A stretch of DNA of 64,000 nucleotides. Source: an uncultured Gammaproteobacteria bacterium. GTDB taxonomy: Bacteria > Patescibacteriota > Microgenomatia > Daviesbacterales > UBA10151. Where the stretch lies: assembly GCA_964446685.1 (NCBI GenBank), contig CAYUPO010000001.1, positions 38,912-102,911 on the forward strand, written 5' to 3'. Of this stretch, positions 1-9,528 are shown piece by piece (within the stretch, counting starts at the first letter, position 1; every line of letters starts with the position of its first letter). The notes under the pieces were generated by a model, which worked only from the letters and a program-made list of their open reading frames with translations, was not told the origin of the DNA and searched no databases. The translations under genes and the position numbers were made by a program.

Positions 1-469
1 TTGTCTGAGGACCTTTCTGATTTTTATGCGGTAAACAAAGAATAGTGCCACTAGTAGTCACAATCCCTGTACCCTTAGGTGACTCCTCCTGATTCAGAGA
101 ACAGTCAGCAAAACTGGTCTGCTCCCCTTCCTGAATAAAAGCCGTAACACCTTTAGTCCAAAAAACAAACATCTCGTCCTCTGAGGCATATCTTTCTCCA
201 GAAGCTGTTACAGCCTGCTTTACTTCCTTTTGTCTGCCATCACTCAGTTTTAGTAAAACTTTGTCTGATTTAAACTCAGCATCAATTTTTTTATTATCCT
301 GGCAAATAAAACTCATTTTTCTGGTGACTTCAGGTGAAGTATGACTACCAGTCTCAGGTAAAGCTTTAATATCTTTACTTTTAATATAGAGAGCGGCAAA
401 AATCAGACTAATTACCAATATTATAGAAAGATGAACCCGGTGAGATTTAAAATATTTCAAATAACGCAT
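1..469 (-). CDS. MliC/PliC-family lysozyme-inhibitor domain protein (partial, runs off the window)
   Basis: Not in the ORF track. Hand translation from ATG 469: MRYLKYFKSHRVHLSIILVISLIFAALYIK...FICQDNKKI...QAVTASGERYASEDEMFVFWTKGVTAF...ADC. N-terminal TM plus the MliC ASGxRY / FWxKG motif and two Cys. Confidence 0.75.
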   Translation of the reverse strand, partial: MRYLKYFKSHRVHLSIILVISLIFAALYIKSKDIKALPETGSHTSPEVTRKMSFICQDNKKIDAEFKSDKVLLKLSDGRQKEVKQAVTASGERYASEDEMFVFWTKGVTAFIQEGEQTSFADCSLNQEESPKGTGIVTTSGTILCLPHKNQKGPQT

Positions 470-553
470 TCTAAATAAACCGTAGCAGATTTAAAATGAA
501 GTTACAATAATTGCAGAAACTAAAACGGAAATCAATTATACGAAAAGTTAAAA

Positions 554-2287
554 TCAACTTCCAAATGTAAAAGCATAAGTTTCAATACCTTCTGAGAAAC
601 GTAATTCCAACTGATGTTCACCGGGATTATTTTTTAAATTTACCAATTCATATGGCATATCTTTATCAACTAAAACCTCTCCATTTTTGACATCTTTGCC
701 ACTCAGGGAATAATCTATCGGTTTTCCATCAAGTAGTACTGTCACTTTTCCAGGAACTGATCCTGGTTTCATCACCAGGTAAACTTTGCCCGCGACAAAC
801 TGATAGCTAATGACTGAATCCGCCTCGGCTTTGGCAAAATAATCTGAGACTGACCATTGTCCTCCGAAAGAAAAATGATTGAGTGTTAGCTTGGGATCAA
901 CTGAATAAGATTTACTACCATTTGCTGCCTTTCCACCGGGGGACAAATAAAGCATTCGTTTGGATCCCAGATAGGTTTCTGGTGATAGTTCGATATCAGG
1001 CGTTTCATCCGGCAGACTGGTTAGTTCAGTATCAACCTCTGCTCCGGCTTCTTTAAGCAGCAATTGAATTGCCTGTTCCATTTTGTCATACTCCCCTTCT
1101 CCGAAATGAACCCGTCTGATCACACCTTTTGCATCAATCAAATATTCAGCCGGCCAATACCGGTTGGAGTAAGCATTCCAGGTCGCATAGTCGTTGTCCT
1201 GAGCTACCGGATAATGAATATTATATTGTTCAATAGCCTGTAAAACATTCTTGGTGTCCTTTTCAAAAGCAAACTCAGGTGTGTGAACACCTACGACGAC
1301 AAAGCCGTCATCTTTGTATTTGTCATACCAGGCAGTGACATGCGGCAGAGTCCGGATACAGTTGATACAGGTGTAAGTCCAAAAATCAACCAGCACTACT
1401 TTGCCTTTTAAATCAGCCATTGATAATGATTGCTCTGGGTTTAACCACTTGCTAATGCCTGTAAACTCCGGAGCAGGTGTATTGGTATTGAGCAGTTCTG
1501 TGGCATTTATTTCAGGACCGGTTTTTCCGGTTAATCTGGACAGTTGTTCAGTCACAGCTGAATTGCTTTCAAAGCCATTTAATGCCTGACCAAACTGAGG
1601 GAAAATTTCTAGTAATTTGACCTGGATCACTTTGTCATAATTAGTAAATATGGCGAGTGCGGTCAGTATCATAATGACGCCAAATACCTGCTGGATCCGG
1701 GCGGTATACTGGGAAATTCCGCGTGATTTGGTAATTAACTGCTGCCCGCCATAAGCAAAGAAAAAAAGCGGAATTCCAACTCCTGTAACATAAGCTAAAG
1801 TGACAAGCACTACTTCAAATGTAACCTGGCCGGTAGCAGCAAGTGTTGCTATAGAAGCGAGAATCGGTCCGGCACAGGGTGACCAGACTATCCCGAGAGA
1901 CAATCCGGTGACAAAACCTCCCAAAAAGCCATCATTCTGGGTTTGACCTGAAGTATTAAATAAACTGCTCAGTTTGGAAACTAAGATTTCAAATTTAACC
2001 ATCAAAAATGGCACGATCATGGTCAGCCCCAAAAAACCAATTACCACAACAGCCACCAGGCGCAAAATATTTGGATCCAGTCCAAACAACCTGACTAGAT
2101 AAGAAACAGCCAAAGTAAAAACCGTAAAAGACAGCATCACTCCAAGAGTAATCCCCAAAGGCCGCTTATGACTGGTACTTTTACCGGCAATAGAAGAGGA
2201 CAAAATAATCGGCAACAAAGGCCAGATGCAGGGAGCAAGAATAGTGACTAGGCCTGAGATAAATGCGAAAAATAAGAGTAGTATCAT
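554..2287 (-). CDS. dipZ: DipZ: CcdA/DsbD membrane domain + thioredoxin-like domain + C-terminal beta domain
   Basis: TM Cys motifs APCIWP and SPCAGP; LVDFWTYTCINC; GVHTPEFAFEK; HFGEGEY. Confidence 0.92.
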   Translation of the reverse strand: MILLLFFAFISGLVTILAPCIWPLLPIILSSSIAGKSTSHKRPLGITLGVMLSFTVFTLAVSYLVRLFGLDPNILRLVAVVVIGFLGLTMIVPFLMVKFEILVSKLSSLFNTSGQTQNDGFLGGFVTGLSLGIVWSPCAGPILASIATLAATGQVTFEVVLVTLAYVTGVGIPLFFFAYGGQQLITKSRGISQYTARIQQVFGVIMILTALAIFTNYDKVIQVKLLEIFPQFGQALNGFESNSAVTEQLSRLTGKTGPEINATELLNTNTPAPEFTGISKWLNPEQSLSMADLKGKVVLVDFWTYTCINCIRTLPHVTAWYDKYKDDGFVVVGVHTPEFAFEKDTKNVLQAIEQYNIHYPVAQDNDYATWNAYSNRYWPAEYLIDAKGVIRRVHFGEGEYDKMEQAIQLLLKEAGAEVDTELTSLPDETPDIELSPETYLGSKRMLYLSPGGKAANGSKSYSVDPKLTLNHFSFGGQWSVSDYFAKAEADSVISYQFVAGKVYLVMKPGSVPGKVTVLLDGKPIDYSLSGKDVKNGEVLVDKDMPYELVNLKNNPGEHQLELRFSEGIETYAFTFGS

Positions 2288-2422
2288 AATTTAATTTCTA
2301 ATTTCTAATTTCTAATTTCTAATTTCTAATTACTAATTACTAAACAATTTCTAAATCCAAATATCAAAAAAATAAATGATTTCTAATTTGAAATTATTTA
2401 GAAATTAGAATAATTAGAAATT
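2288..2422. repeat. Heptamer-periodic inverted-repeat element (AATTTCT/AATTACT ... AGAAATT)
   Basis: AATTTCT x5 + AATTACT x2 on the left, complementary TAGAAATT units on the right. Confidence 0.8.
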
Positions 2423-2423
2423 T

Positions 2424-2460
2424 TCTCATCTCTCCCCGGTGAATACCAGGGAGATGAGAT
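2424..2460. terminator. Strong hairpin downstream of the fasciclin gene (terminator or processing stem)
   Basis: CTCATCTC(T)CCC..GGT-GAAT-ACC..GGGAGATGAG; no clear U-tract on the minus strand. Confidence 0.4.
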
Positions 2461-2473
2461 CTGTACTTTCATC

Positions 2474-3091
2474 TTACTTCGGTAAGAGGACAGTATCAAT
2501 AACGTGGGTTACCCCGTTTGAGGAAATAACGTCAGCGATGGTTACCATAGCTGATTCGTTGATCCACCATTTGCCATCTTTCATATTGAAAGTCAGCATC
2601 TGGCCATTAACTGTTTTAAGAGTCATGCCATCTTTCATATCAGCTGCCCGGTATGCACCTGGGACTACATGATATGTCAAAACTCCCGCCAGTTTAGTTT
2701 TATTCTCTGGTTTTAAGAGAGTATCAACTGTTCCAGCTGGTAATTTATCAAAAGCGGCATTTGTCGGTGCAAAAACGGTAAATGGTCCGGCTCCTTTCAG
2801 AGTTTCAACCAAACCGGCTGCTTTAACAGCAGCTACCACTGTAGTGTGGTCTTTTGAATTTACCGCGTTGTCTACTATATCTTTATCAGGAGTCATCATT
2901 GCTCCGCCAACCATTACGCCACCTGGCATAGCTGAAGGCTGAGACATTTCAGAAGTCTGATTCATAGGAGATGATTGCATTGTTGTTTTAGAATCAGCCA
3001 TCATTGAGTTATTTTTATTCATCATTAGCCATCCTCCAACTCCAACAACTGCGATTACTGCGACGATTGCAATTATTATTTTTGAATCCAT
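2474..3091 (-). CDS. Fasciclin (FAS1) domain protein, MPT70/MPT83-like
   Basis: N-terminal TM; GPFTVFAPTNAAF, LTYHVVPG, SNGVTHVIDTVLLP. Confidence 0.95.
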   Translation of the reverse strand: MDSKIIIAIVAVIAVVGVGGWLMMNKNNSMMADSKTTMQSSPMNQTSEMSQPSAMPGGVMVGGAMMTPDKDIVDNAVNSKDHTTVVAAVKAAGLVETLKGAGPFTVFAPTNAAFDKLPAGTVDTLLKPENKTKLAGVLTYHVVPGAYRAADMKDGMTLKTVNGQMLTFNMKDGKWWINESAMVTIADVISSNGVTHVIDTVLLPK

Positions 3092-3099
3092 ATTTGTTT

Positions 3100-3173
3100 A
3101 AATCCGAAATCCTAAATCAGAAATTCGAGACAATATGAATTGTTTCGTTTTTCGGGATTCGTGTTTCGAATTT
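3100..3173. repeat. Heptamer-periodic hairpin between the SD and ATG of the fasciclin gene
   Basis: Minus strand AAATTCGAAA...CGAAACAAT-TCAT-ATTGTCTCG...TTTCGGATTT; SD AAGGAGGTGA at 3181-3190. Confidence 0.6.
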
Positions 3174-3215
3174 TTATTTCTCACCTCCTTTATTTTTTGT
3201 TGCCTATGTGAATAG

Positions 3216-3255
3216 TTAACTTAGTTAAGTATATCTCAGAAAAAACTCAGGTCAA
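3216..3255 (-). promoter_or_regulatory. Sigma70 promoter of fasciclin(-dipZ) with TTAAC-N3-GTTAA palindrome and CTCAG-N6-CTCAG repeat
   Basis: TTGACC (3250-55), 16 nt, TATACT (3228-33); palindrome 3216-3228; direct repeat 3235-3250. Confidence 0.6.
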
Positions 3256-3290
3256 GTATGGGATTTGTAAGAAGAGAGGATAAAAGTACT

Positions 3291-3425
3291 AATTTCTAAT
3301 TACTAATTTCTAAACAATGACTAATGAATAAATGTCTAAGTAGTTTGGTCATTAGTATTTGGGATTTGTTTAGTAATTTAGAAATAAGCAAAGCTTGCGA
3401 CTTCGCCTTTAGTAATTAGAAATTT
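3291..3425. repeat. Heptamer-periodic inverted-repeat element
   Basis: AATTTCTAATTACTAATTTCTAAACAA ... TTGTTTAGTAATTTAGAAAT...TTAGTAATTAGAAATT. Confidence 0.75.
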
Positions 3426-3886
3426 TAAGAATTATTTACTATTAATGAAAGAACTTTGATGTATGTGCGTAGTTCATCTGGGGTGATGCCTTTGAGAAGT
3501 TTGGCCATCAGTTTTTTAACTTCTGGTTCAGTTTTTTTGACTATTTTATTGCCATTTGGAGTAATGGAAATAACTTTGGCTCTTTCATCAGTGCTATCAG
3601 CTGATCTTTGGATTAAGCCTTTTTTCTCTAAGTTTTTAGCTAGTTTAGTAACCATTGGCGGGTCATAACTTAAATATTCAGCGAGAACCGCTAAACGCAT
3701 TTTGCCATGTTCATGTAACTGACCCAAAAGTTTCCATTCCGGAATAGAAACATTATACGAACTCAGAGCTCTACTCAGTGCATCCTGAAGTGCGTTATAG
3801 GCTTTACCTTGTAGCAGACCAGTACTGTAGGCTTTTAGTTGAATCAGATCAATATTCAATAATTCTAATATTGGATTTTTATTCAT
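3425..3886 (-). CDS. MarR family transcriptional regulator
   Basis: wHTH with LEKKGLIQR..STDERAKVISITPNG wing motif. Confidence 0.93.
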   Translation of the reverse strand: MNKNPILELLNIDLIQLKAYSTGLLQGKAYNALQDALSRALSSYNVSIPEWKLLGQLHEHGKMRLAVLAEYLSYDPPMVTKLAKNLEKKGLIQRSADSTDERAKVISITPNGNKIVKKTEPEVKKLMAKLLKGITPDELRTYIKVLSLIVNNS

Positions 3887-3894
3887 ATACTTTA

Positions 3895-3950
3895 GTAACT
3901 AAATTAATTAACTAGGTTAATATTATATGTTTTTTTCTTACTTTCTGCAA
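3895..3950 (-). promoter_or_regulatory. marR promoter with TTAAC-N3-GTTAA candidate operator
   Basis: TTGCAG (3945-50), 17 nt, TATAAT (3922-27); palindrome TTAACTAGGTTAA 3908-3920. Confidence 0.6.
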
Positions 3951-4143
3951 GTTTGTGCTCAAATATACTAAAAAACAGCATAATTCTTACATTATTCTTA
4001 ACAATTATTTTTAAAATTAACTACAACTCAACAATTGTTTGAATTTGCTAAATAAGCTGAAGTGTTATATAGTATTAATCTCATAGTTAGTTAGACAACT
4101 CGTCGTACTATTTTCAACTTTTAGTCTAATCAGTCATTTATAT

Positions 4144-6348
4144 ATGAAAATACACGGACTCTCATTGGTAATCTTTTCGCATAATCATTTTGATTCTCTC
4201 CCTGCTCTTTTAGAACAGATCGATAAATCTCTGTTAAGTAAAGGCCTGCCTTATGAGGTGATCTTAATGGATAAAGCTGAGGCCTCTGAAGACCAAACTG
4301 TTATTCGGAATTTATCTTCAAGCTATCCACTGACACACTCTAACCAACATCATGGTCAGTCAAAGTCGGCTCAACTGATAAAGACTTTTTCTAAAACCAA
4401 GTATGATCTGATCGGAATTTTAGATCTACCTCTGGGATATTCAGCAGATATTATTCCGGAAATGATAAAGAAGCTGGAAAATGATCAGGCGGATATTATG
4501 ATTGTCCATCGCAATAAAATGAGCTGGTCAAGCCGGTTTTTTGGTGTTCTGGCTGATGGAGCAAATTATGATATTCATTCAGGGCTTAAAATTTTTAAAA
4601 AGGAGATTGTTGAGAGACTCTATCCTCATTTTTCCCCGATCTCATTTGATCTGGAATTTTTGGCCAAAGCAGCGGATGCTGGGTATGTATTGGAGAAATT
4701 TGATGTTGAAGTGGAACATTCCTCCCTGGTCCCCAAAAAATCACATGATTCTTTCTGGAAGCTGACTCTGTCACATTTTCTGGTTCGTTATCTTCGGTCT
4801 GATGTAATCCCTTTTCATCCGGATACAGTAGCGGCCAAAGGCAAAGGGTTTCATTACAAAGGACAGGAATTTGTCCATCATTCAAATTTAAAACCTTCAC
4901 AAAGTGCAATTCATCGACTGTCTGGAATGCAGATGTTTATTTTGCTGGGCATTTTGGTCGAAGTTGTGATCTTCTTTATTATTAACTGGCATGTGGCGCT
5001 AGTAATTCTGATCGCCATGCTGACTTGTTTATATTTTGCTGATTTATTGTTTAATCTGTTTTTGATTTACCGAAGCTTTTCCAAGCCAGCTGAAGTTCAG
5101 ATCGAGCAGTCGGAGATTGATGATGTAAATGACTGGCCGACTTATACTATTTTATGTCCGCTCTATAAAGAATGGCAGGTGGTACCGCAATTTGTGACCG
5201 CCATGAGTCATCTGGATTACCCCAAAAGCAAGCTACAGGTGATGCTGCTTTTAGAAGAAGATGACAAAGACACTATCAAAGAGATCAACAATTATGATCT
5301 GCCCTCCTATTTTCAGACAGTGATCGTGCCAGATTCCAAACCAAAAACCAAACCAAAAGCTTCAAATTACGGACTTTTACAAGCTACCGGAGAATACATT
5401 GTTATATATGATGCCGAAGATGTGCCAGATCCATTACAGTTGAAAAAAGCAGTTGTCGCTTTTAGAAAATCCGGTCGGAGAATTAAATGCATTCAGGCAA
5501 AACTAAATTTTTACAATCCGCATCAGAATTTATTAACCCGAGTTTTTACTGCTGAATACTCACTTTGGTTTGATCTGGTTTTGACCGGACTGCAGTCAAT
5601 TCATGCCCCGATTCCTCTGGGTGGTACATCTAATCATTTTAGAAAAGCCGACCTGGTCAAATTAAATGGCTGGGATTCTTTTAACGTGACCGAAGACTGC
5701 GATCTGGGGATGCGACTGGTGAAAGCCGGTTTTCAGACAGCTGTCATCAACTCCACTACACTTGAGGAAGCTAACAGTGATATGGCCAACTGGTTTAGCC
5801 AGCGGACCAGATGGATTAAAGGTTACATGCAAACTTATCTGATCCATATGCGGGATCCTCACCAGTTTTTGAAAAACTGGCGCGAACCTCACGCTATAAC
5901 TTTTCAGTTGGTAGTGGGAGGAAAAGTGTTGTCGATGTTTATCAATCCGCTGATGTGGGTGATTACTTTAATGTATTTTATGTTTAGAGCCAATATCGGC
6001 ACATTTATCGAATCATTCTTCCCGGCTCCTGTTTTGTACATGGGTGTCATCTCTCTGCTGCTGGGTAACTTTTTGTATATCTACTATTACATGATCGGCT
6101 GTGCCAAACACGGACATCATGAACTAGTCAAATACGGCGTTTTTATTCCTTTCTACTGGCTGGCGATGAGTGTGGCCGCCTGGATGGCTTTTTATAAACT
6201 AATTGTGGCTCCTCACTACTGGGCCAAAACCAAACATGGACTTCACTTGAATAATGCCAAAGCTGTAAACCATGCCAGTCAGGCAATCGGCCAGCAAAGT
6301 CTGGTTGATAAAGATCTCACACATGTCCGTTTAAATCCGGCTATTTAA
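4144..6348 (+). CDS. Processive membrane GT2 (cellulose-synthase-like) with an N-terminal degenerate DPM1-like GT-A domain
   Basis: TKPKASNYGL, IYDAED, GGTSNHF, NVTEDCDLG, QRTRW, flanking TM helices. Confidence 0.9.
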   Translation: MKIHGLSLVIFSHNHFDSLPALLEQIDKSLLSKGLPYEVILMDKAEASEDQTVIRNLSSSYPLTHSNQHHGQSKSAQLIKTFSKTKYDLIGILDLPLGYSADIIPEMIKKLENDQADIMIVHRNKMSWSSRFFGVLADGANYDIHSGLKIFKKEIVERLYPHFSPISFDLEFLAKAADAGYVLEKFDVEVEHSSLVPKKSHDSFWKLTLSHFLVRYLRSDVIPFHPDTVAAKGKGFHYKGQEFVHHSNLKPSQSAIHRLSGMQMFILLGILVEVVIFFIINWHVALVILIAMLTCLYFADLLFNLFLIYRSFSKPAEVQIEQSEIDDVNDWPTYTILCPLYKEWQVVPQFVTAMSHLDYPKSKLQVMLLLEEDDKDTIKEINNYDLPSYFQTVIVPDSKPKTKPKASNYGLLQATGEYIVIYDAEDVPDPLQLKKAVVAFRKSGRRIKCIQAKLNFYNPHQNLLTRVFTAEYSLWFDLVLTGLQSIHAPIPLGGTSNHFRKADLVKLNGWDSFNVTEDCDLGMRLVKAGFQTAVINSTTLEEANSDMANWFSQRTRWIKGYMQTYLIHMRDPHQFLKNWREPHAITFQLVVGGKVLSMFINPLMWVITLMYFMFRANIGTFIESFFPAPVLYMGVISLLLGNFLYIYYYMIGCAKHGHHELVKYGVFIPFYWLAMSVAAWMAFYKLIVAPHYWAKTKHGLHLNNAKAVNHASQAIGQQSLVDKDLTHVRLNPAI

Positions 6349-6384
6349 AAATTTTAAAGCAGGTGCTTTAGTCTTTTAGCTCTT

Positions 6385-7665
6385 ATGAAAATAAATAATT
6401 CCTCAGTTTTAATATCAGGCACTACCCTGGCGTTTGCAGTGATGTCAGCCAATGTGATTAATCTTTTTTTTAATGCTTATTTAGGCCGGGTTATTTCCTC
6501 AGAAGAATTTGGTGTATTGGCTTTGATTAATACATTTATGTATTTTGGGTCACTTTTTTATAACGCTGTTGGAGGTATTACCAACCGGGAAGTAGCTTTT
6601 CTGGATAAGGATTTATCAAATCAGGAAGGAACAGTTTTTTTTCTTTCCCTGACCAAACAGTTAATGATCGTCAACTGTGTCCTGGCCATAATTTGGATTC
6701 TGTTGGTCCCTTTTTCAAGCAGCTTTTTTCATATCAGTGACCCGACAATTTTTTATCTGTTTACTCCCCTATTTATTTTGTATCCCCTGGCTTTTTTGGG
6801 CAGAGGGTACTTACAGGGAAAACTACTATTTGTGCTAGCTGGTGTAACTATTTTTATTGAGCCGCTAATCAAATTACTCAGTGCTTATTTTTTGCTGGCT
6901 TTTGGAATGCATCAGATGATTTATCTCTCAATATATATTTCAGCTCTACTGACTGGAATAATCACTTTTTATCTGGCCTGGAAAAGAAAACCGGCACTCT
7001 CCCAAATTTCCAGTGTCCCTTTTCCATTTACTTTTTTTGGAGCAGCCTTACTCTCTGGTATCTCAACCATCTCTTTTCTGGCACTGGATATGATCTTGGT
7101 GAAACATTACCTGCCACCTGATCTGGCCGGACAATATGCATTTTTGTCCTTGCTGGGGAAAATTATTTTCTTTGCTGGATCGCTGCTAAATGTTTTTACT
7201 ATTTCACTAGTCAGCCGCGAGGCCAGTCATCAGAAAAATCCTTTTGTCTCTTTTTATCTGCTCCTTTTAGGAAGTTTTGTGTTAGCAGCTAGTGGAGTGA
7301 TCGTTTTTGGAGTATTTGGTTATTTTTCAATCCCTCTTATTTTTACTGAAAAAGCCAGTGTTGTGGTTCCTTTTGCACTGCCATATCTTATTGCAATTGC
7401 TCTTTTTACTCTGGGTAACACCATCGTCACTTATCATCTGGCACTTAAACAATATCTCTTTGCTGTTCTAAGTGTGATCATGTCAGTATTTTTAATTGGA
7501 GGCATCATTATTTATCACACAACTATTACAGATGTTGTTTATACTCTACTGTTAGTAAGCATATTTTATAGTCTGGTTTTGGCTCTGGCTCATATCAGAC
7601 AAAACTTTTTCTCACCACGTGTTGCACTAACATCACTGGAAAAAATATCCGAGGAGGTCATATGA
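6385..7665 (+). CDS. Wzx-like oligosaccharide flippase (MOP superfamily)
   Basis: About 12 TM; RVISSEEFG, LDMILVKHYLPPDLAGQY. Confidence 0.85.
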   Translation: MKINNSSVLISGTTLAFAVMSANVINLFFNAYLGRVISSEEFGVLALINTFMYFGSLFYNAVGGITNREVAFLDKDLSNQEGTVFFLSLTKQLMIVNCVLAIIWILLVPFSSSFFHISDPTIFYLFTPLFILYPLAFLGRGYLQGKLLFVLAGVTIFIEPLIKLLSAYFLLAFGMHQMIYLSIYISALLTGIITFYLAWKRKPALSQISSVPFPFTFFGAALLSGISTISFLALDMILVKHYLPPDLAGQYAFLSLLGKIIFFAGSLLNVFTISLVSREASHQKNPFVSFYLLLLGSFVLAASGVIVFGVFGYFSIPLIFTEKASVVVPFALPYLIAIALFTLGNTIVTYHLALKQYLFAVLSVIMSVFLIGGIIIYHTTITDVVYTLLLVSIFYSLVLALAHIRQNFFSPRVALTSLEKISEEVI

Positions 7666-8570
7666 CAGAAAAAACATCCGTCTCTATTTGCGTGCCCGCC
7701 TACAATGAAGAAAAAAATATTGAAAAAATATTGCTCGCTCTGTTAGCTCAGAAAACGAATAAAATAGCTATCAATAAAATAGTGGTCGTCTCCTCTGCCA
7801 GTACTGACAAAACAGATGACATTGTAAAAAAATATACTACTGAATATCCGCAGGTAATACTGATCCAGCAGAAAAAAAGAGAAGGCAAAGCTGCAGCTAT
7901 TAATGCCTTTTTAAAAATCACCACTGACCCTTTAATCGTCATCGAAAGCGCTGATACTATTCCCCAGCCAAATACCATCGAACACCTCTGTCTGCCCTTT
8001 TTACGCGACCAGAATATCGGCATGACAGGCGGCGCCCCGATCCCGGTCAATGATCCAAAAACTTTTTTGGGATACATCATCCATACCTGGTGGTGGTTTC
8101 ACCGCAATATCCCCCGTTTTGGAGAGATTATTGCCTGTCGAAACATCATCGAAGCCATCTCCCAAACCACCGCCGTTGATGAAGCCTACATCCAGGCCAA
8201 GATGATCCAGATGAATTTGAAAGCCGTCCATGTCGATGAAGCGATCGTTTTTAACAAAGGTGCAGAAACTGTAAAAGATCTAATTAAACAGCGAAGAAGA
8301 GTTTTTAATGGTCATGCCCGACTTTTAAATAAAGAAAATATTAAAATAGATAATATGACTAAATCAACTTTAAAACTTTTACTTTTTAAATTTCCGATTA
8401 ACAATTTTAAAGAATTAGTATGGTTGGGTTGTGGAATTTTAATTGAGTTATATTCTCAATTGCTAGGTATGTATGATTTGAAAATAAATAAGAAAAATCC
8501 ATTTATTTGGGATACTGCCAAAACAACAAAAAATTTAAAAAAGAAAAGAGCTTATGATTTTATTTCTTAA
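7662..8570 (+). CDS. Glycosyltransferase family 2
   Basis: VPAYNEEKNI, GKAAAIN, SADT, QRRR. Confidence 0.9.
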   Translation: MTEKTSVSICVPAYNEEKNIEKILLALLAQKTNKIAINKIVVVSSASTDKTDDIVKKYTTEYPQVILIQQKKREGKAAAINAFLKITTDPLIVIESADTIPQPNTIEHLCLPFLRDQNIGMTGGAPIPVNDPKTFLGYIIHTWWWFHRNIPRFGEIIACRNIIEAISQTTAVDEAYIQAKMIQMNLKAVHVDEAIVFNKGAETVKDLIKQRRRVFNGHARLLNKENIKIDNMTKSTLKLLLFKFPINNFKELVWLGCGILIELYSQLLGMYDLKINKKNPFIWDTAKTTKNLKKKRAYDFIS

Positions 8571-8583
8571 TTAACTAAATTAT

Positions 8584-9528
8584 ATGATTTCAATAATTAT
8601 TCCGGTAAAAGGTCATCGTATCATTGATAGATTATTAACTAAACTTTCAGAAATCCCAAAACCAGAAGATACTGAGATATTAGTTATAGATGCAGCAAAA
8701 GGGACCCTTAATGATATTAAAAATAAATTTCCTCTGGTTCGATGGTTATATTATAAATCTAATTATAAACAATCAATATCTGAGCAAAGAAATTTTGGCT
8801 TACTTAAGTCTAAAGGAGATATTATTGTTTTCATTGATGCTGATTGTATTCCGACAAATTCTTGGTTATTAAATTTGATAAACCCAATAAGAAAAGACAA
8901 TGAATCGGTAACCTCCGGTAAAATTATTTCAATGTCTAAGTATCCTTTAAAATGGAAGTTTGATTATGAACTTCTTAAATCAACCCGATACTTACTTTTT
9001 ATTCCAACCATGAATTCTGCATTTTTAAAAAGAGTTTTTAATCAAATTGGAGGATTTGATAATATTTTTAAATATGGAGGTGAAGATGGGGATATTAGCA
9101 TTAGATTACATGAACAAGGATTTAAAATTCGTTATGTACACAATGCAGAAATTTATCATGACTGGGGCGATATAAATAAAAACATCAAGCGAATATTTCT
9201 ATACGGAAGAGCCAACTTTGTTTTAATTTTCAAACACAAATATAAACTTTTTAAATATATAAATTTAATTGAAGTTTCTGCATTTCCCATTTATTTATTT
9301 TTTTTACCAATTACATTATTTTGGCCACTATACTTACTGTTTCTGATTATCCCTTTTTTTAAAGGATTAATTAAAAGTTATTCACTTACTTATGCTCTTG
9401 AGAGTGTTGTTTATGGTTTGTTAATGGGTTCTGGATTTATATTTCAATTTGTTAATTCCTTATTTTTGCCCAAACAAATACAAACTGTTCCTTTAATTAA
9501 AGTATCAAATATTTCACACAAAATATGA
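8584..9528 (+). CDS. Glycosyltransferase family 2 with C-terminal TM helices
   Basis: ISIIIPV, FIDADC, GGFD..GGEDGD. Confidence 0.9.
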   Translation: MISIIIPVKGHRIIDRLLTKLSEIPKPEDTEILVIDAAKGTLNDIKNKFPLVRWLYYKSNYKQSISEQRNFGLLKSKGDIIVFIDADCIPTNSWLLNLINPIRKDNESVTSGKIISMSKYPLKWKFDYELLKSTRYLLFIPTMNSAFLKRVFNQIGGFDNIFKYGGEDGDISIRLHEQGFKIRYVHNAEIYHDWGDINKNIKRIFLYGRANFVLIFKHKYKLFKYINLIEVSAFPIYLFFLPITLFWPLYLLFLIIPFFKGLIKSYSLTYALESVVYGLLMGSGFIFQFVNSLFLPKQIQTVPLIKVSNISHKI

